DNA of 64,000 nucleotides from an uncultured Fibrobacteria bacterium (lineage in GTDB: Bacteria > Fibrobacterota > Fibrobacteria > UBA11236). The notes below the pieces were generated by a model that worked only from the letters and a program-made list of their open reading frames with translations, was not told the origin of the DNA and ran no database searches. Numbering within the stretch: the first letter of the stretch is position 1; each line of letters opens with the position of its first letter. The stretch spans positions 3,136,001 to 3,200,000 of the forward strand of contig OY970309.1 in assembly GCA_963716395.1 (NCBI GenBank). The letters run 5' to 3'. A program made the translations under genes and the position numbers. Positions 40,160 to 49,089 of the stretch are shown here, piece by piece.

Positions 40160-40900
40160 ATGTCGGTTATCATGCAGGCGGCCTTCCTGCCGTCCACCGA
40201 TCAATATTCGACCGTGATTCGGCATTTTCCGGGAAACAACGCGCATGCGCCCTGGGGGTTGCATGGTTCGTTTTTCTTCGAGGTGAAGATATTCGAAAAT
40301 GGAAAGCTGGTCGGCACGGGCCGAAGTGCCGTATGTGACGAAACCGGCAGCCTGGAGATGAATGTCGGCGAAGTTGCTGAGCGATGCGGGCACGCCGTAA
40401 AAGGGATGTTTGTGGTGGAATATCACCACGCAAAGGATATCCCGATTGAACTATATGTGTTTTATATTCACAAATCTTCCGGCACGTATTTGGCCTGTAA
40501 TGCGGGAATGTTTGCCGGAGATATGCTTTATCCCAGGGTCCACACGGAGCAAATGGAAAATACGCTTTTCTGGCCGGGCATGCTCACCAATACTGAAAAC
40601 GAAATGCGCCTTTTAATTATAAACCCCTACCATGTCAAAATGGGTTTCCAGATCCACGTTTTCGGAAAGGGTGAGGTTTTAGATCGCTCGAAAATGATTC
40701 ATCTTATGCCTAAACACGCGCAGGATTTCCCGGTATTCAATCCATATAACAACTCGGAGCACGACATTACTGACGTCAGCGAGGATATTTCTTTTTGTGT
40801 TTCTTCACAGTACAAGTTGGTGGCCTATGTAATGTTCAAGAGTCGCAAGAGCCAAATTATGACGATGCTTGATCATATGCACAACTTTTGCCTTGCTTGA
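40160..40900 (+). CDS. hypothetical protein
   Basis: Long open frame in an AT-richer region; GAGGG RBS before ATG 40160; follows the BFD gene by 17 nt. Confidence 0.75.
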   Translation: MSVIMQAAFLPSTDQYSTVIRHFPGNNAHAPWGLHGSFFFEVKIFENGKLVGTGRSAVCDETGSLEMNVGEVAERCGHAVKGMFVVEYHHAKDIPIELYVFYIHKSSGTYLACNAGMFAGDMLYPRVHTEQMENTLFWPGMLTNTENEMRLLIINPYHVKMGFQIHVFGKGEVLDRSKMIHLMPKHAQDFPVFNPYNNSEHDITDVSEDISFCVSSQYKLVAYVMFKSRKSQIMTMLDHMHNFCLA

Positions 40901-41105
40901 TTGTTTTCACTAATCAAAATTCAGAGGTATTTGCGTGCTTAGACCAAGCTTCATTTTCCGTATATTGGGAAAGGTATCCAAAAGCAAATTTCGGCAAACT
41001 TGGTTCACCTTGCCTTTAGGCGAAGGTTGTTCCTAGTCAAATGCCGCTTCGAATGCGCCGCCGTTGTCGATTGGGCCAACTCCCGTTCACCGGGATTGCG
41101 ATATT

Positions 41106-42029
41106 TCACCGCCAAAGAAAAAACGCCCCGGGCTTCAACTCTTGCCCCAATCCCGTCACCCATTGCCCGATCTCCGATTTCGCATCGGAATCGAGAAAGC
41201 GTTCCAGCCGGCTTTTGGGTTTGGGCTCTTCGTCCCAGGCGATATCGGCGGAAACCCCCGCGGTGTGCTCCAGATACCGCTTGGCCGCATCGAGCCCGCC
41301 CAAGGTGTCGATGAGGCCCGCGCGCAGGGCCTGACGGCCGGTCAGAACACGGCCGTCGGCGATGGGACGCAGCACATTGAGCTGCAAATGGCGGTTTTCG
41401 GCCACGTCCTGCAGAAATTGCGCATAGGTGTCGTTGATCACATTTTGCAAGTAAGCCAACTCGGCGGCCGTGGGAATGCGGTCGGGGTTGCCGACGTCTT
41501 TGAGGGCGCCGCTTTTCACGGTTTGCAGCGACAGGCCGAGTTTGTCGAGCAGTTTTTGCGCTTCGGGGAATTGAAAGATGACGCCAATGCTGCCGGTCAA
41601 GGTGCCGGGGTTGGCGAAGATTTTGTCGCCGGCCAGCGCGATGTAATAGGCGCCGGAGGCCGCGACATTGCCGCAGCTTACCACCAGCGGCAGGCCGTGC
41701 TCGCGCAGCCTTTTCAGCGCGGCGTAGATCTCCTGCGAAGAGCCCACGGCCCCGCCCGGCGAGTCGACGCGCAGCAGCAGTCCCTTGCATTCGCGGTCTT
41801 TGCCAATTCGCGACAAGATCGAGAGCATGTCCTCGGATTCGAAGATGGGGCCTTCGATGCGCAGCATGGTGAGGTGCGCGTGCTTTTCGGGAATCCAGCC
41901 GCCGGCCACGTGCCCGACCATGTCGGCCACCGAGCGGATCATGGCGAACAAAGCGATCACGGCGATCACCGCGAGCAGAATGAGGGCCTTGGCGAATTTC
42001 GACAGGCCTGCGGGTTTGGAAGGATCCAT
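41106..42029 (-). CDS. sppA: signal peptide peptidase A (S49)
   Basis: RVDSPGGAVGSSQEI, AASGAYYIA, TGSIGV, DGRVLTG-xQA-xxxGLID. Confidence 0.95.
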   Translation of the reverse strand: MDPSKPAGLSKFAKALILLAVIAVIALFAMIRSVADMVGHVAGGWIPEKHAHLTMLRIEGPIFESEDMLSILSRIGKDRECKGLLLRVDSPGGAVGSSQEIYAALKRLREHGLPLVVSCGNVAASGAYYIALAGDKIFANPGTLTGSIGVIFQFPEAQKLLDKLGLSLQTVKSGALKDVGNPDRIPTAAELAYLQNVINDTYAQFLQDVAENRHLQLNVLRPIADGRVLTGRQALRAGLIDTLGGLDAAKRYLEHTAGVSADIAWDEEPKPKSRLERFLDSDAKSEIGQWVTGLGQELKPGAFFLWR

Positions 42030-42035
42030 ACAACC

Positions 42036-44198
42036 TCAGCGGATGCGGATTTTTTGACCCGGCCGCAGCAGTTCGGTCAGGTGGGCGTTCAAACGTTTCA
42101 ATTCATCCACGGTTTTGCCGAAGCGTACGGAAATGTCCCACAGGCTATCGCCCGCTTTGACCCGGTAAAATTGATGGGTCCCGTCGACGGCGTCGATATT
42201 CATAGCCACCGAGGCGGCCGAGGCTTCGCGCACCTCATCCGTATCGTCTTCGGAAGTCGCGTTGCCGCCCTGGTCCGGGGCGGGTTGCGGCGCCAAGTAG
42301 ACTAAGCTTTGTCCGGCGCGAAGGGCCGATCCGCGCACGCCGTTCCAATGCCGCAAATCCGCTTGGCGGACGCCGAGTTGCCGGGAAATCGAATACAGGG
42401 ATTCTCCCGCACGCACGTGATACGTGCTCCAGTGGCCCTGTTGGCCCGGCGCGGGCGCCGGAGTTCGGCCGGCGTCACGGTCCGGACCGGCGTCGGCTTC
42501 GGACTGGGGAATGCGCAGGGTCCGTCCCGCACGCAGGACGGTAGAGGGCGCCATGCCGTTGGCGGCGCGCAGCGTGTGGACCGAGACGCGGAAACGGCGG
42601 GCGATGTCATATAGGGTTTCGCCCCGCTGCACCTTGTAACGGCCGGTCACGCGGATTTTCGCCGGACTGGAAGACTCCGCGTCGTCGCCCTGGGCGGCAC
42701 CGTCCGAGACGGGCAGAATCAAGGTCCGGCCCGCGCGCAAAAAGGTTCCGCGTAAATGGTTGGCCGATTGGATGGAGGCCACCGAAACCCCATAATGCGC
42801 CGCCAGCGTGGAAAGGTTGTCGCCCGAACGCACCACGTGCCGGCGCCATACGGCAACCGCGGCCGTATCGAGTTTGCCGCGATTGGCCTCGAAGAGCGGG
42901 CGGCTTCCCGCCGGTAATTTCAGGCAAAAATCATTTCGCCCGGGAGGCGTGCACCAACGGCGCAACGCCGGATTCAAATCGCGAATCGAATCTTCGGAAA
43001 CCCCCACCGCTTTGGCGATGCTGTGCAGCGAATAGGCATGCTGCACCACGGCGGTATCGTATTGCAAAGGCGGCGCATGCACCGAATCGGCGAAGCCGAA
43101 GACGGTGGGATTGTGGCCGATGATCATGGCGGCCAGAATCTTGGGCACGTAGAAGCGGGTTTCTTCGGGCAAATCCATATCCCAGAATCCGAGGGTGGAA
43201 TCGGACTGCCGGAGTTTTTCAATGCGGCCTTCGCCGCAATTGTAGGCCGCCATGGCCAGCGACCAGTCACCGAATTCGGAATACAAATCTTCGAGGTAGT
43301 CCAGGGCGGCCTTGGTGGACGATTCGGGATCGCGCCGCGGATCGACCCACCAATCATCGTTCAAGCCGTAGCGCCTGGCCGTGCTGCCTACGAATTGCCA
43401 CAACCCGCTGGCATTGGCATGGCTCCAGGCTTTGGGATTGAAGCCGCTTTCCACCATGGCCAGATAAATCAAATCCTTGGGCATGTGCCGCTCGCTGAGC
43501 CGCCGGGTAATGAGATCGGCATAACGGCTTTTCCGTGCCAGCCAACGCGTGAAATAACCGCGGCCCGGACCCGTGAACACCTCGATGGCCTGCAAGACGC
43601 GCGGGGGCAAGGGCGAAGGCAGCGGCAGATCGAAATTGCGATCCGCCAGCTTGCGCAGCATGGGGTCGAGGTTTTTCAGGGCCGAATCGGGGACCTCTTC
43701 GATTTGCTGGTTTATAAAATCGGAGAGATCCTGCGCCGTTCCCAGACGCGTGGTTTGGGCCACGGCCTGCACCAGCCAGGTTTGCACCGTGTCCTGGTAG
43801 GTCCGGTCGGCAGCCAGCATGGAGGCGCTCAGCGAATCCGAAGAGGCGAGGTCGGTCAATTGCACCATGGCGCTATCGAAGTATTCGGCGGCGTCGAACC
43901 AGTCGGAATCATCCAGGCTTTCGCGGCCCATTTGGATGAATTCGGCGGCGTCGGAGGCGAGGTCCGAAGACAAAAATGCGGTGTCGACGGGAACTGTTTT
44001 TACGACGGCTGGGGCGGCTGCAGAGTCATGTTGGGGAGCAGCGGACGCTACGACATCGGCCCGGTGTGGAGAACCGGCGCAGCCTATCCACAAAGGCGCG
44101 CACAGCGCGCCTGCGGCCAGCCAACCGGGGAACCATGCCGGGATGACGGACCCGGCTTCGGTGTCACTCTTCGAAATCCAAATCCTCGGCGTAATCAT
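42036..44198 (-). CDS. mltD: membrane-bound lytic murein transglycosylase D-like lipoprotein with four LysM domains
   Basis: LAMVESGF, GLWQF, AAYNCGEG, ETRFYVPK; LysM motifs VRSGDNL, VQRGETL, VRAGESL, VKAGDSL; lipobox LWIGC; start uncertain. Confidence 0.9.
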   Translation of the reverse strand: MITPRIWISKSDTEAGSVIPAWFPGWLAAGALCAPLWIGCAGSPHRADVVASAAPQHDSAAAPAVVKTVPVDTAFLSSDLASDAAEFIQMGRESLDDSDWFDAAEYFDSAMVQLTDLASSDSLSASMLAADRTYQDTVQTWLVQAVAQTTRLGTAQDLSDFINQQIEEVPDSALKNLDPMLRKLADRNFDLPLPSPLPPRVLQAIEVFTGPGRGYFTRWLARKSRYADLITRRLSERHMPKDLIYLAMVESGFNPKAWSHANASGLWQFVGSTARRYGLNDDWWVDPRRDPESSTKAALDYLEDLYSEFGDWSLAMAAYNCGEGRIEKLRQSDSTLGFWDMDLPEETRFYVPKILAAMIIGHNPTVFGFADSVHAPPLQYDTAVVQHAYSLHSIAKAVGVSEDSIRDLNPALRRWCTPPGRNDFCLKLPAGSRPLFEANRGKLDTAAVAVWRRHVVRSGDNLSTLAAHYGVSVASIQSANHLRGTFLRAGRTLILPVSDGAAQGDDAESSSPAKIRVTGRYKVQRGETLYDIARRFRVSVHTLRAANGMAPSTVLRAGRTLRIPQSEADAGPDRDAGRTPAPAPGQQGHWSTYHVRAGESLYSISRQLGVRQADLRHWNGVRGSALRAGQSLVYLAPQPAPDQGGNATSEDDTDEVREASAASVAMNIDAVDGTHQFYRVKAGDSLWDISVRFGKTVDELKRLNAHLTELLRPGQKIRIR

Positions 44199-44376
44199 TC
44201 CACATGTCTGATTTCTTGAATTTGGGATTGTCGAAATCGACTTCCTCATTTTCGTCGTCTGCACCATCATCGTCGTCGGCGCCTTCCTCCTCGTTTTCGA
44301 AAGGCTCCAAATCGTCAAAGTCGTCATGTTTCGGACGCCGTCCAAAATGCCATGACGACCTGTCGCCGGATTTCAT
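44164..44376 (-). CDS. small highly acidic hypothetical protein
   Basis: 70 aa, D/E-dominated; strong GGGGAGG RBS and its own sigma-70 promoter. Confidence 0.7.
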   Translation of the reverse strand: MKSGDRSSWHFGRRPKHDDFDDLEPFENEEEGADDDDGADDENEEVDFDNPKFKKSDMWNDYAEDLDFEE

Positions 44377-44416
44377 ACCACCCTCCCCGTTCGCAAGGAA
44401 TGCCTATTTCCCCGCA

Positions 44417-44444
44417 AATATATCTTGGGCACATTAAATGTCAA
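44417..44444 (-). promoter_or_regulatory. sigma-70 promoter for acidic protein-mltD-sppA
   Basis: TTGACA-N16-TATATT on the minus strand. Confidence 0.7.
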
Positions 44445-44475
44445 GAACTTCCTCCACATTGTTCGGTCCACTGCC

Positions 44476-46089
44476 TCATTGCTTGCTCACGAAATGCAGC
44501 GGGAAGGTAACAGGCAGATCGCCGTGGGCTCCGGGGTCAGGCTCGAATTTCCAGCGGCGCAGGTTTTGCAGGATGTCGGCGATAAACGGCGCAACGGTGA
44601 TGGTGCTTTTTTCGGCCACCACTTCCGCGTTACCGACGGCCCCCGAAGGCTCGATATAAATGCGTACGGTCAGATCCCCTTCGAAAACCGCTCCTTTTCT
44701 CAACCACTTTTGATACAAAAATTCCAATTCGCCCTGGTTTTCCGAAAGTACCTGCAAGATGGCTTCGCGGCGCAGGGGATCTTCTTGAATACGGCGGGCA
44801 TGGGCGCGTTGCGCCCGTAATTCGGCCTTTTCGGCTTCCGCGATCTTGTCGGCGCGCAAGGCCACGGCCTCTTCACGCGGTTTTGGGGCGGTCGGCGGAG
44901 CCGCGGTTTGTGTCAAGGTACTGTCATTCACCTTCTCCAGCTTATCGGATGGCAGGGACAGTTCCTTCTCCGGCATGGATTGCAAACCGTGCCATTTGGC
45001 TGCGCTCAAGGGGTTTTCCGGCAATTGTACCCGGGTAAAATTTTGCAGGCGATCCAAGAACTTCACGTCTTGGTATTGCTTGATTTTTTTCAGGGCTTCT
45101 TGCTCCAATTGCTTGTCATTCTCGTACACCCGGCCCAGCAAATACAGGCGGCGGCTGGCTTTGCGGGCAAAAGGTGATTCGGGATGATCTTTCAGCAGTT
45201 CCTGGTAAATGGCTGTGGCCGAACTGTCGAACCCGACTTCTTCCTGCGCGCGCGCATACAGATACCGGCCTTCCAGCCGGTCGGCTGAAGACAGCTCCGG
45301 CTGCGACAAGGCCTTTCCCAATTGTTCCAGGGCGCCGGTGTAATCGGCGAGTTGCAAAAGTTGGCGGCCATAGGCCAGGGGGCTTTGCCGCGTCTTTTTC
45401 GCCAACTCCAGTTGCTGTTGCAGATTCTGAATCGTGGCTAAAAAGCGCTTGGCGGTTTCACTTTCTTCGCTGCCGGGAGCGACGGTTTCGACCCGGCGAA
45501 AATCGCCGGAGGCCAAGTCGTATTCGCTCAGAAGGCTGAGGCAGAATCCGCGGTGCAGGAGCAAGGTGGCCTGTAAATCCGGCCCGGTGCCGCCGCCGTC
45601 GAGCACCCGGGTGTAGACACGGATGGCCTGATCGTATTTGCGGGCCTGCTCGTATACGAATCCCACCTCCAAATCCTTGCGGGTGCGCACGGAGACGGGA
45701 CGCAGAGTTTGGTGTTTGCCCAGCAGAAAATTCACCGCGCCGATCACCGCACCCACCACCCGGTCGCCCAGGGCATGTTGCGAAGCCGAGGCGGTGTCGA
45801 CCCAGGCCGTGGCCGACAGCGCCCGCATTTTCAGTTCGAGCGCGGCCTCGTCTTCATCGGGAAGATCCTTGCGGTGGCGGATGAGATCGAAGCGCGCCAG
45901 CATGCTCAGGGTATGGCTGGCGTTGTATTTCTGCGACAAGGTCTCCATGGCGCGGTTGAACTCCCGCATGCGGTAGTCGATCACCACCTCGTTGGTATAA
46001 ATGCTCAAAAATATGAAGAGGCCGATGAGCAACAGCGGTCGGAGGGTGAACCAGAAATTCGCTAGGCTGCCGACTTGTTTTTGCTGCAT
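44476..46089 (-). CDS. membrane-anchored TPR protein with C-terminal TonB-C/AgmX-PglI-like domain
   Basis: N-terminal TM helix, TPR-like repeats, Pro/Ala linker, C-terminus LYQKWL...EGDLTVRIYIEPSG...RWKF...VTFPLHF; ATG 46089. Confidence 0.8.
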   Translation of the reverse strand: MQQKQVGSLANFWFTLRPLLLIGLFIFLSIYTNEVVIDYRMREFNRAMETLSQKYNASHTLSMLARFDLIRHRKDLPDEDEAALELKMRALSATAWVDTASASQHALGDRVVGAVIGAVNFLLGKHQTLRPVSVRTRKDLEVGFVYEQARKYDQAIRVYTRVLDGGGTGPDLQATLLLHRGFCLSLLSEYDLASGDFRRVETVAPGSEESETAKRFLATIQNLQQQLELAKKTRQSPLAYGRQLLQLADYTGALEQLGKALSQPELSSADRLEGRYLYARAQEEVGFDSSATAIYQELLKDHPESPFARKASRRLYLLGRVYENDKQLEQEALKKIKQYQDVKFLDRLQNFTRVQLPENPLSAAKWHGLQSMPEKELSLPSDKLEKVNDSTLTQTAAPPTAPKPREEAVALRADKIAEAEKAELRAQRAHARRIQEDPLRREAILQVLSENQGELEFLYQKWLRKGAVFEGDLTVRIYIEPSGAVGNAEVVAEKSTITVAPFIADILQNLRRWKFEPDPGAHGDLPVTFPLHFVSKQ

Positions 46090-46142
46090 CAAGGCCTCGC
46101 CGGCTGGATTTCGCGTTGTGATCGCCGTCGCGCGCAAACCAT

Positions 46143-47456
46143 TCAGGAGGTGCGGCGGTCCATGGCGTACGAACTGCCGCCGGATTTCTTTTTCACGAAT
46201 TTTTTCATCTCCGCGGCGATGGAGACGATCATACGGTGATCGCTGATCTTACGAAAGTGGTTGCTGGCCACCGCCAGCGAAATCGACATAAGGGGAAAGC
46301 GCACCTTGTGTCCCTGACGGTCCACCGAATCGATGAACCCCTGCTTGGCGTCGGCATCGTTATAGAACTGGCGCACGCCGCCGTCGAAGGCGGCCACAAT
46401 GCCTTTGCAGATCTCTTCCCAATTTTCAAACCGGGTGATGAGCACGAAGTCATCGCCGCCTTCATGCCCCACGAAGGTGGAGGGATCGCCTAGGCGCTGC
46501 GCGGTGTCGAGAAAGCAGTCGCGGGTGAACAAAATGGCGTCGTCGCCTTTGGAGAAGCCGTATTTGTCATTGTAGGCTTTGAAGTTGTCGAGGTCGGCGT
46601 AAATGACGGCGAACTCCTGCCCGCTGCGCAGGCGCGCGTCGATTTGCGCGATGATGGTGGTGTTGCCGGGTAATCCCGTCAGGGGGTTGGCGCCTTTGGC
46701 CTCTTCGCGGATGCGCACCAGGTTCATCACCATTTCATTGAACGACGAGGCCAACATGCCGATTTCGTCCTGCTGGCGGATTTCGATGCGCTGGGAGAAA
46801 TCGCCCTTGGAGATTTCATGCGTGGCGTGTTCCAGGCGGGTGATGGGGTTCAGGACCAGGCGGCGGAGAAAGAGGGCGAAGATCACCTGCAGGAAAACCA
46901 CCAGCAAGGTGACCAGCAGGCACAGGCGCAGGAGCACATTGCGATCCTGTTCCAGGCTTTTGATGCGCAGGGGTGTGCGCAGCACCACCGCTTGGCCGCC
47001 CGCCAGGGTCAAGGGAATGTACAGGTCGATGCGGCGCTGGGCGATATGGATGTCATGCAGAAATTCTTTGTCCTCCAGTTCGCTGCGGGCCACGGCGCGT
47101 TGCAACAGCCCCTTCACGGCGTCGGTGGCCGCCGCCAGACCGGCGGGTTGGGAGAACAAGACCTTGCCGTCTTCGGTATACACCCACAAGGTGTCGGCGC
47201 CTTCCTGGGCGAAGGAGCGCACCAATCCGGCGAAGGCTTCGGGTTGGCTGCCGTCGCCCCAGGCCGTGCTCAGGCCCGACGCGATTTGCGCCAGGCGCAC
47301 CGATTGGTTTTCGCTTTCCAACTGCTGGCTGCGGGTGATGAGATCGCTTTGGTTCTCCCAGATGATGAAATTGAAAATCGAGACCAACATTACGGTCAGC
47401 ACGATGTACAGCATCGCCGTCTTGTACGACAGCGAATTGCGCCGGATGCCTAACAT
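46143..47456 (-). CDS. membrane diguanylate cyclase (2 TM, HAMP, GGDEF)
   Basis: HAMP DEIGMLASSFNEM, NPLTGLPGN, DLDNFKAYND, GHEGGDDF. Confidence 0.9.
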   Translation of the reverse strand: MLGIRRNSLSYKTAMLYIVLTVMLVSIFNFIIWENQSDLITRSQQLESENQSVRLAQIASGLSTAWGDGSQPEAFAGLVRSFAQEGADTLWVYTEDGKVLFSQPAGLAAATDAVKGLLQRAVARSELEDKEFLHDIHIAQRRIDLYIPLTLAGGQAVVLRTPLRIKSLEQDRNVLLRLCLLVTLLVVFLQVIFALFLRRLVLNPITRLEHATHEISKGDFSQRIEIRQQDEIGMLASSFNEMVMNLVRIREEAKGANPLTGLPGNTTIIAQIDARLRSGQEFAVIYADLDNFKAYNDKYGFSKGDDAILFTRDCFLDTAQRLGDPSTFVGHEGGDDFVLITRFENWEEICKGIVAAFDGGVRQFYNDADAKQGFIDSVDRQGHKVRFPLMSISLAVASNHFRKISDHRMIVSIAAEMKKFVKKKSGGSSYAMDRRTS

Positions 47457-47555
47457 GCGGTTTCGCCCCATTCGTGAGCCGAACGGGACCACCTGCGAAG
47501 TTCATGATCGTGCATAGGCCGCGCCTCTGGTCGGGGCGGCCGGCCAACCCCAAAA

Positions 47556-49082
47556 TCAACGGCTGCGCTGGCGGCGATCCACTCCGACAATCCCCTGGAG
47601 TTTATCGCTGATCTCCTGGGGCGTGCAAGGCTTCTCGAAAATCCAGAGGCCCAGGTGCCGCCGTAGCTCTTTTTCCGGTTCCGGCAAATCGGCAGACACG
47701 ACCACACCGCAGGGCGTGCCGCCGCTTTTCTCGCCGAGTTGCAAGAGGAAGTAATCCGGACCGAAGCCGCCGCTGCCGTTTTCATTGACGAGCAGAAAAT
47801 CGCGGCCGGGAAGTTTTTCCCAGGACCAGCCGGCGGGATCAGGGCGCAACACTTCCCAGCGCAAACCGGGGTGGGAAGTCGCCGTAAGGCCTTCGAGACC
47901 CGGAACATCGCCGCCGAGATCGAGGAGCAGCACCTTGCGGCTGGGCCGGTGCGCTCCGCCGCCCTTGCGTTTCTCGAGAGGAAACTGCACGATGAATACC
48001 GAGCCTTTGTGGCGCGTCGACTCCACGAAGATTTTGCCGCCGTGCAATTCGACAAAGGATTTGCAAATGGCCAATCCGAGTCCGTGGCCCTTGCCGGGCA
48101 TATTGCTGCCCGAACCCGTATTGAACTTTTCGAAAATGGCTTTGCGGTCGGCCACGGAAATGCCGGGCCCCATGTCCTGAATGGAGAACACCAAGCTGTT
48201 GTTGTGGCGTGCCACGCGCAGCACGATTTCTCCGCTGGCGCGCGTGAATTTGATGGCGTTTCCCAGCAGATTGGTGAGTATGCGCCCCACCTTCTGCACA
48301 TCGAGAAACATTTCGGGTATCGGTTCAGCTTCGACACGCAGGCGGATGCCCTTGGTTTCTGCCAGGCTGCGCAACGCCTGCACCGCATTTTCCACCTCAC
48401 GGGTGAAATTGGTTTTTTCCAACTTGAGCGCGAGTTTCCCCATGCCGATGCGCGCCGAGTCGAGCAAATCGTTGACCATGTCGACCAGGAATTGGCAATT
48501 GCGATGGATGGTGCGGATGGGTTCGAGCTGGGTCGATTGCAGGTTTCCCAGTACCCCTTCCATCAGCAATTCGGCGTAACAAATCATGGCCGCCAGGGGA
48601 CCGCGCAAATCATGCACCGCCATGTGCAGAAATTCGATTTGATGATCCACCTGAACTTGCTGGGCGTCGAGCTGTGATTGGAGCCGCCTGCTGACCGCCT
48701 GCTCGGCCAACAGCCGCGATCGCAACCGCACCAAGGCCTGGAGGCGGGATTTCAAGGCCGAATATTCGGGGTCGGCATCGCCGATAAAGGCAAATCCGGT
48801 TTGGTACAACGAGGCTTTGGTTTCGGCCGGTAAAGGTTGGGGGTGCGCCACCAAGGTCGAACTCAGGGCCAGCAGGGGTGCTGCGGCGTTCCGCGTATCG
48901 GCGACAAATTCCAGCGCCGCTTCCAGGTCCATCAATTGCAGGCAACCCAGCGGCCATTGCGCCAAGTCGGGCGGCGTATCGTGCGACAGCGGAAAACCGG
49001 CCAGGGCGCTTTCCAGCCGCGTTCGAAATTCGCCTTCGCCCATCCGAAGAAAAATTCGCGGTGGGTGAAAAGATCCCGGCAT
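47556..49082 (-). CDS. cytoplasmic histidine kinase with degenerate receiver-like flanks
   Basis: HDLRGPL, NLLGNAIKF, DMGPG, GLGLAI; no TM segment; C-terminal KP motif. Confidence 0.88.
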   Translation of the reverse strand: MPGSFHPPRIFLRMGEGEFRTRLESALAGFPLSHDTPPDLAQWPLGCLQLMDLEAALEFVADTRNAAAPLLALSSTLVAHPQPLPAETKASLYQTGFAFIGDADPEYSALKSRLQALVRLRSRLLAEQAVSRRLQSQLDAQQVQVDHQIEFLHMAVHDLRGPLAAMICYAELLMEGVLGNLQSTQLEPIRTIHRNCQFLVDMVNDLLDSARIGMGKLALKLEKTNFTREVENAVQALRSLAETKGIRLRVEAEPIPEMFLDVQKVGRILTNLLGNAIKFTRASGEIVLRVARHNNSLVFSIQDMGPGISVADRKAIFEKFNTGSGSNMPGKGHGLGLAICKSFVELHGGKIFVESTRHKGSVFIVQFPLEKRKGGGAHRPSRKVLLLDLGGDVPGLEGLTATSHPGLRWEVLRPDPAGWSWEKLPGRDFLLVNENGSGGFGPDYFLLQLGEKSGGTPCGVVVSADLPEPEKELRRHLGLWIFEKPCTPQEISDKLQGIVGVDRRQRSR

Positions 49083-49089
49083 ACGTCCC

